Below, in pieces: positions 58,401-64,000 of a stretch of 64,000 bases of DNA (position 1 is its first letter; each line of letters begins with the position of its first letter). The stretch lies in the NCBI GenBank assembly GCA_964016885.1, contig OZ024742.1, forward strand, positions 63,798,001-63,862,000, read 5' to 3'. The DNA comes from Eledone cirrhosa. Taxonomy: Eukaryota. The position numbers were made by a program, and so were the translations under genes. The notes beneath the pieces were generated by a model. The model saw only the letters and a program-made list of their open reading frames with translations, did no database searches and was not told the DNA's origin.

Positions 58401-61400
58401 CTGCTCAACTACTGCAGATCTACACCAATGTAGACAACTGCACAACTATTGCAGATCTACACCAATGTAGACAACTGAACAACTACTGCAGATCTACACC
58501 AATCTAGACAACTGCACAACTATTGCACATATACGCCAACTAGACAACTGAAAAACTATTGCAGATCTACACCAATGTAGACAACTGCACAACTACTGCA
58601 GATCTACACCAATCTAGACAACTGCACAACTACTGCAGATCTACACCAATCTAGACACCTGCACAACTATTGCTGATCTACGCCAATCTAGACAGTTGCA
58701 CAATTATTGAAGATCTACACCAATCTAGACAACTGCACAACTATTGCAGATCTACACCAATGTAGACAACTGCGCAACTACTGCAGATCTACACCAATGT
58801 AGACAACTGCACAACTACTGCAGATCTACAACAATCTAGACAACTGCACAACTACTGCAGCTATACACCAATATAGACAACTGCACAACTACTGCAGATC
58901 TACACCAATCTAGACAACTGAACAACTATTGCAGATCTACACCAATCTATACAGTTGCACAACTATTGCAGATCTACACCAATCTAGACAACTGCACAAC
59001 TACGGCAGATCTACACCAATCTAGACAACTGCACAACTATTGCAGATCTACACCAATCTAGACAACTGCACAACTATTGCAGATCTACACCAATCTAGAC
59101 CACTGCACAACTACTGCAGATCTACACCATTCTAGACAGCTGCACAACTATTGCAGATCTACGCCAATCTAGACAACTGAAAAACTACTGCAGATCTACA
59201 CCATTCTAGACAACTGCACAACTACTGCAGATCTACACCAATGTAGACAACTGCACAACTATTGCAGATCTACGCCAATCTAGACAACTGCACAACTATT
59301 GCAGATCTACGCCAACTAGACAACTGAAAAACTATTGTAGATCTACACCAATGTAGAAAACTGCACAACTACTGCAGATCTACACCAATGTAGACAACTG
59401 CACAACTACTGCAGATCTACACCAATCTAGACAACTGCACAACTACTGCAGATCTACACCAATCTAGACAACTGCACAACTATTGCTGATCTACGCCAAT
59501 CTAGACAGTTGCACAATTATTGAAGATCTACACCAATCTAGACAACTGCACAACTATTGCAGATCTACACCAATGTAGACAACTCCACAACTACTGCAGT
59601 TCTATAGCAATGTAAACAACTGCACAACTACTGCATATCTACACCAATCTAGACAACTGCACAACTACTGCAGATCTACACCAATCTAGACAACTGCAGA
59701 ACTACTGCAGTTATACACCAATATAGACAACTGCACAACTACTGCAGATCTACACCAATCTAGACAACTGAACAACTATTGCAGATCTACCCCAATCTAT
59801 ACAGTTGCACAACTATTGCAGATCTACACCAATCTAGACAACTGCACAACTACGGCAGATCTACACCAATCTAGACAACTGCACAACTATTGCAGATCTA
59901 CGCCAATCTAAACGACTGCACAACTATTGCAGATCTACACCAATCTAGACAACTGCACATCTACTGCAGATCTACACCAATCTAGACAACTGCACAACTA
60001 CTGCAGATCTACACCAATCTATAACAACTGCACGACTATTGCAGATCTACGCCAATCTAGACAACTGCACAACTATTGGAGATCTACACCAATCTAGACA
60101 ACTGAAAAACTATTGCAGATCTACACCAATCTAGACAACTGCACAACTATTGCAGATCTACGCCAATCTAGACAGTTGCACACGTACTGCAGATCTACAC
60201 GAATCTAGACAGTTGCACAAGTACTGTAGCTCTACACCAATCTAGACAGTTGCACAAGTACTGCAGATCTACACCAATCTAGACAGTTGCACAAGTACTG
60301 CAGATCTACACCAATCTAGACAACTGCACAATTATTGCAGATCTACACCAATCTAGACAACTGCACAAGTATTGCAGATCTACACCAATCTAGACAATTG
60401 CACAACTATTGCAGATCTACGCCAATCTAGACAACTGCACAAGTATTGCACATCTACACCAATCTAGACAACTGAACAACTATTGCAGATATACACCAAT
60501 CTAGACAACTGCACAATTATTGCAGATCTACACCAATCTAGACAACTGCACAACTATTGCAGATCTACACCAATATAGACAATTGCACAAGTATTGCAGA
60601 TCTACACCAATCTAGACAACTGCACAACTATTGCAGATTTACACCAATCTAGACAGTTGCACAGGTACTGCAGATCTACGCCAATCTGGACAACTGCTCA
60701 CCTATTGCAGATCTACACCAATCTAGACAACTGCACAACTATTGCAGATCTACACCAATCTAGACAACTGCACAACTACTGCAGATCTACACCAATGTAG
60801 ACAACTGCACAACTATTGCAGATCTACGCCAATCTAAACAACTGCACAACTATTGCAGATCTACACCAATGTAGACAACTGCACAACTACTGCAGATCTA
60901 CACGAATCTAGACAACTGCAAAACTACTGCAGATCTACACCAATCTAGACAACTGCAAAACTATTGCTGATCTACGCCAATCTAGACAGTTGCACAATTA
61001 TTGAAGATCTACACCAATCTAGACAACTGCACAACTATTGCAGATCTACACCAATGTAGTCAACTGCACAACTACTGCAGATCTACACCAATGTAGACAA
61101 CTGCACAACAACTGCAGATCTACAACAATCTAGACAACTGCACAACTACTGCAGCTATACACCAATATAGACAACTGCACAACTACTGCAGATCTACACC
61201 AATCTAGACAACTGAACAACTATTGCAGATCTACACCAATCTATACAGTTGCACAACTATTGCTGATCTACACCAATCTAGACAACTGCACAACTACGGC
61301 AGATCTACACCAATCTAGACAACTGCACGACTATTGCAGATCTACGCCAATCTAGACAACTGCACAACTATTGCAGATCTACACCAATCTAGACAACTGC

Positions 61401-64000
61401 ACAACTACTGCAGATCTACACCAATCTAGACAACTGCACAACTACTGCAGATCTACACCAATCTAGACAACTGTACGACTACTGCAGATCTACACCAATC
61501 TAGACAACTGCACAACTATTGCAGATCTACACCAATCTAGACAATTGCACAACTATTGCAGATCTACACCAATCTAGACAACTGCACAACTACTGCAGAT
61601 CTACACGAATCTAGACAACTGCACAAGTATTGCAGATCTACACCAATCTAGTCAACTGCACAACTATTGCATATTTACACCAATCTAGACAGTTGCACAA
61701 GTATTGCAGATCTACACTAATCTAGACAACTGCACAACTATTGCAGATCTACGCCAATCTAGACAACTGCACAACTATTGCAGATCTACACCAATCTAGA
61801 CAACTGCACAACTATTGCAGATCTACACCAATCTAGACCACTGCACAACTACTGCAGATCTACACCAATCTAGACAACTGCACAACTATTGCATGCTACG
61901 CCAATCTAGACAACTGAAAAACTACTGCAGATCTACACCAATCTAGACAACTGCTCAACTACTGCAGATCTACACCAATGTAGACAACTGCACAACTATT
62001 GCAGATCTACACCAATGTAGACAACTGAACAACTACTGCAGATCTACACCAATCTAGAGAACTGCACAACTATTGCACATATACGCCAACTAGACAACTG
62101 AAAAACTATTGCAGATCTACACCAATGTAGACAACTGCAAAACTACTGCAGATCTACACCAATCTAGACAACTGCAAAACTACTGCAGATCTACACCAAT
62201 CTAGACAACTGCACAACTACTGCAGATCTACACCAATCTAGACACCTGCACAACTATTGCTGATCTACGCCAATCTAGACAGTTGCACAATTATTGAAGA
62301 TCTACACCAATCTAGACAACTGCACAACTATTGCAGATCTACACCAATGTAGACAACTGCACAACTACTGCAGATCTACACCAATGTAGACAACTGCACA
62401 ACTACTGCAGATCTACAACAATCTAGACAACTGCACAACTACTGCAGCTATACACCAATATAGACAACTGCACAACTACTGCAGATCTACACCAATCTAG
62501 ACAACTGAACAACTATTGCAGATCTACACCAATCTATACAGTTGCACAACTATTGCAGATCTACACCAATCTAGACAACTGCACAACTACGGCAGATCTA
62601 CACCAATCTAGACAACTGCACAACTATTGCAGATCTACACCAATCTAGACAACTGCACAACTATTGCAGATCTACACCAATCTAGACCACTGCACAACTA
62701 CTGCAGATCTACACCAATCTAGACAACTGCACAACTATTGCATGCTACGCCAATCTAGACAACTGAAAAACTACTGCAGATCTACATCAATCTAGACAAC
62801 TGCTCAACTACTGCAGATCTACACCAATGTAGACAACTGCACCACTATTGCAGATCTACGCCAATCTAGACAACTGCACAACTATTGCAGATCTACACCA
62901 ATGTAGACAACTGCACAACTACTGCAGATCTACACCAATCTAGACAACTGCACAACTATTGCAGATCTACGCCAATTAGACAACTAAAAAACTATTGCAG
63001 ATCTACACCAATGTAGACAACTGCACAACTACTGCAGATCTACACCAATCTAGACAACTGCACAACTATTGCTGATCTACGCCAATCTAGACAGTTGCAC
63101 AACTACTGCAGATCTACACCAATCTAGACAACTGCAAAACTATTGCAGATCTACACCAATGTAGACAACTGCACAACTACTGCAGATCTACACCAATCTA
63201 GACAACTGCACAACTACTGCAGATCTACACCAATCTAGACACCTGCACAACTATTGCTGATCTACGCCAATCTAGACAGTTGCACAATTATTGAAGATCT
63301 ACACCAATCTAGACAACTGCACAACTATTGCAGATCTACACCAATGTAGACAACTGCACAACTACTGCAGATCTACACCAATGTAGACAACTGCACAACT
63401 ACTGCAGCTATACACCAATATAGACAACTGCACAACTACTGCAGATCTACACCAATCTAGACAACTGAACAACTATTACAGATCTACACCAATCTATACA
63501 GTTGCACAACTATTGCAGATCTACACCAATCTAGACAACTGCACAACTACTGCAGATCTACACCAATCTAGACAACTGCTCAACTACTGCAGATCTACAC
63601 CAATGTAGACAACTGCACAACTATTGCAGATCTACACCAATGTAGACAACTGAACAACTACTGCAGATCTACACCAATCTAGAGAACTGCACAACTATTG
63701 CACATATACGCCAACTAGACAACTGAAAAACTATTGCAGATCTACACCAATGTAGACAACTGCAAAACTACTGCAGATCTACACCAATCTAGACAACTGC
63801 AAAACTACTGCAGATCTACACCAATCTAGACAACTGCACAACTACTGCAGATCTACACCAATCTAGACACCTGCACAACTATTGCTGATCTACGCCAATC
63901 TAGACAGTTGCACAATTATTGAAGATCTACACCAATCTAGACAACTGCACAACTATTGCAGATCTACACCAATGTAGACAACTGCACAACTACTGCAGAT
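40478..64000 (+). repeat. 37-bp satellite, main array with higher-order repeats (runs off window)
   Basis: About 635 monomers by length; rare variants recur in the same order at multi-kb offsets. Confidence 0.99.

Overview
Eukaryotic, repeat-only window with no recognisable host gene. The SINE, RTE and microsatellite repertoire suggests a cephalopod (Octopus-like) genome; this is inference. 1-2541: minus-strand non-autonomous Ty3/Gypsy (CsRn1-like) LTR element with near-identical LTRs. 3.1-23.6 kb: four divergent Tx1-group (L1 clade) non-LTR retrotransposons head-to-tail on + (A, B, C, D), each ending in TATC repeats. C carries an RT patch inside ORF1 and a 3.77-kb tandem duplication. 23.7-34.4 kb: decayed RTE LINEs, a CRE-clade 3' fragment, a non-autonomous Helitron, tRNA-derived SINEs, microsatellites and a fifth Tx1 copy (F, minus strand) with a TATCTATTA target-site duplication. 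34.4-64 kb: a 37-bp satellite with higher-order structure, interrupted by a 2.9-kb inverted, circularly permuted copy of the array's own left border. Main leads: (1) the ORF1 stop sits in a 5' splice-donor consensus in all copies retaining it, and the ORF2 stop in a 3' acceptor consensus in all five copies, so ORF2 looks like an intron; (2) TATCTA target specificity that would let the family stack into its own tails; (3) covarying RNA hairpins in both UTRs; (4) a possible re-integrated DNA circle at the satellite border. All alignments were done by eye; boundaries of decayed elements are approximate.
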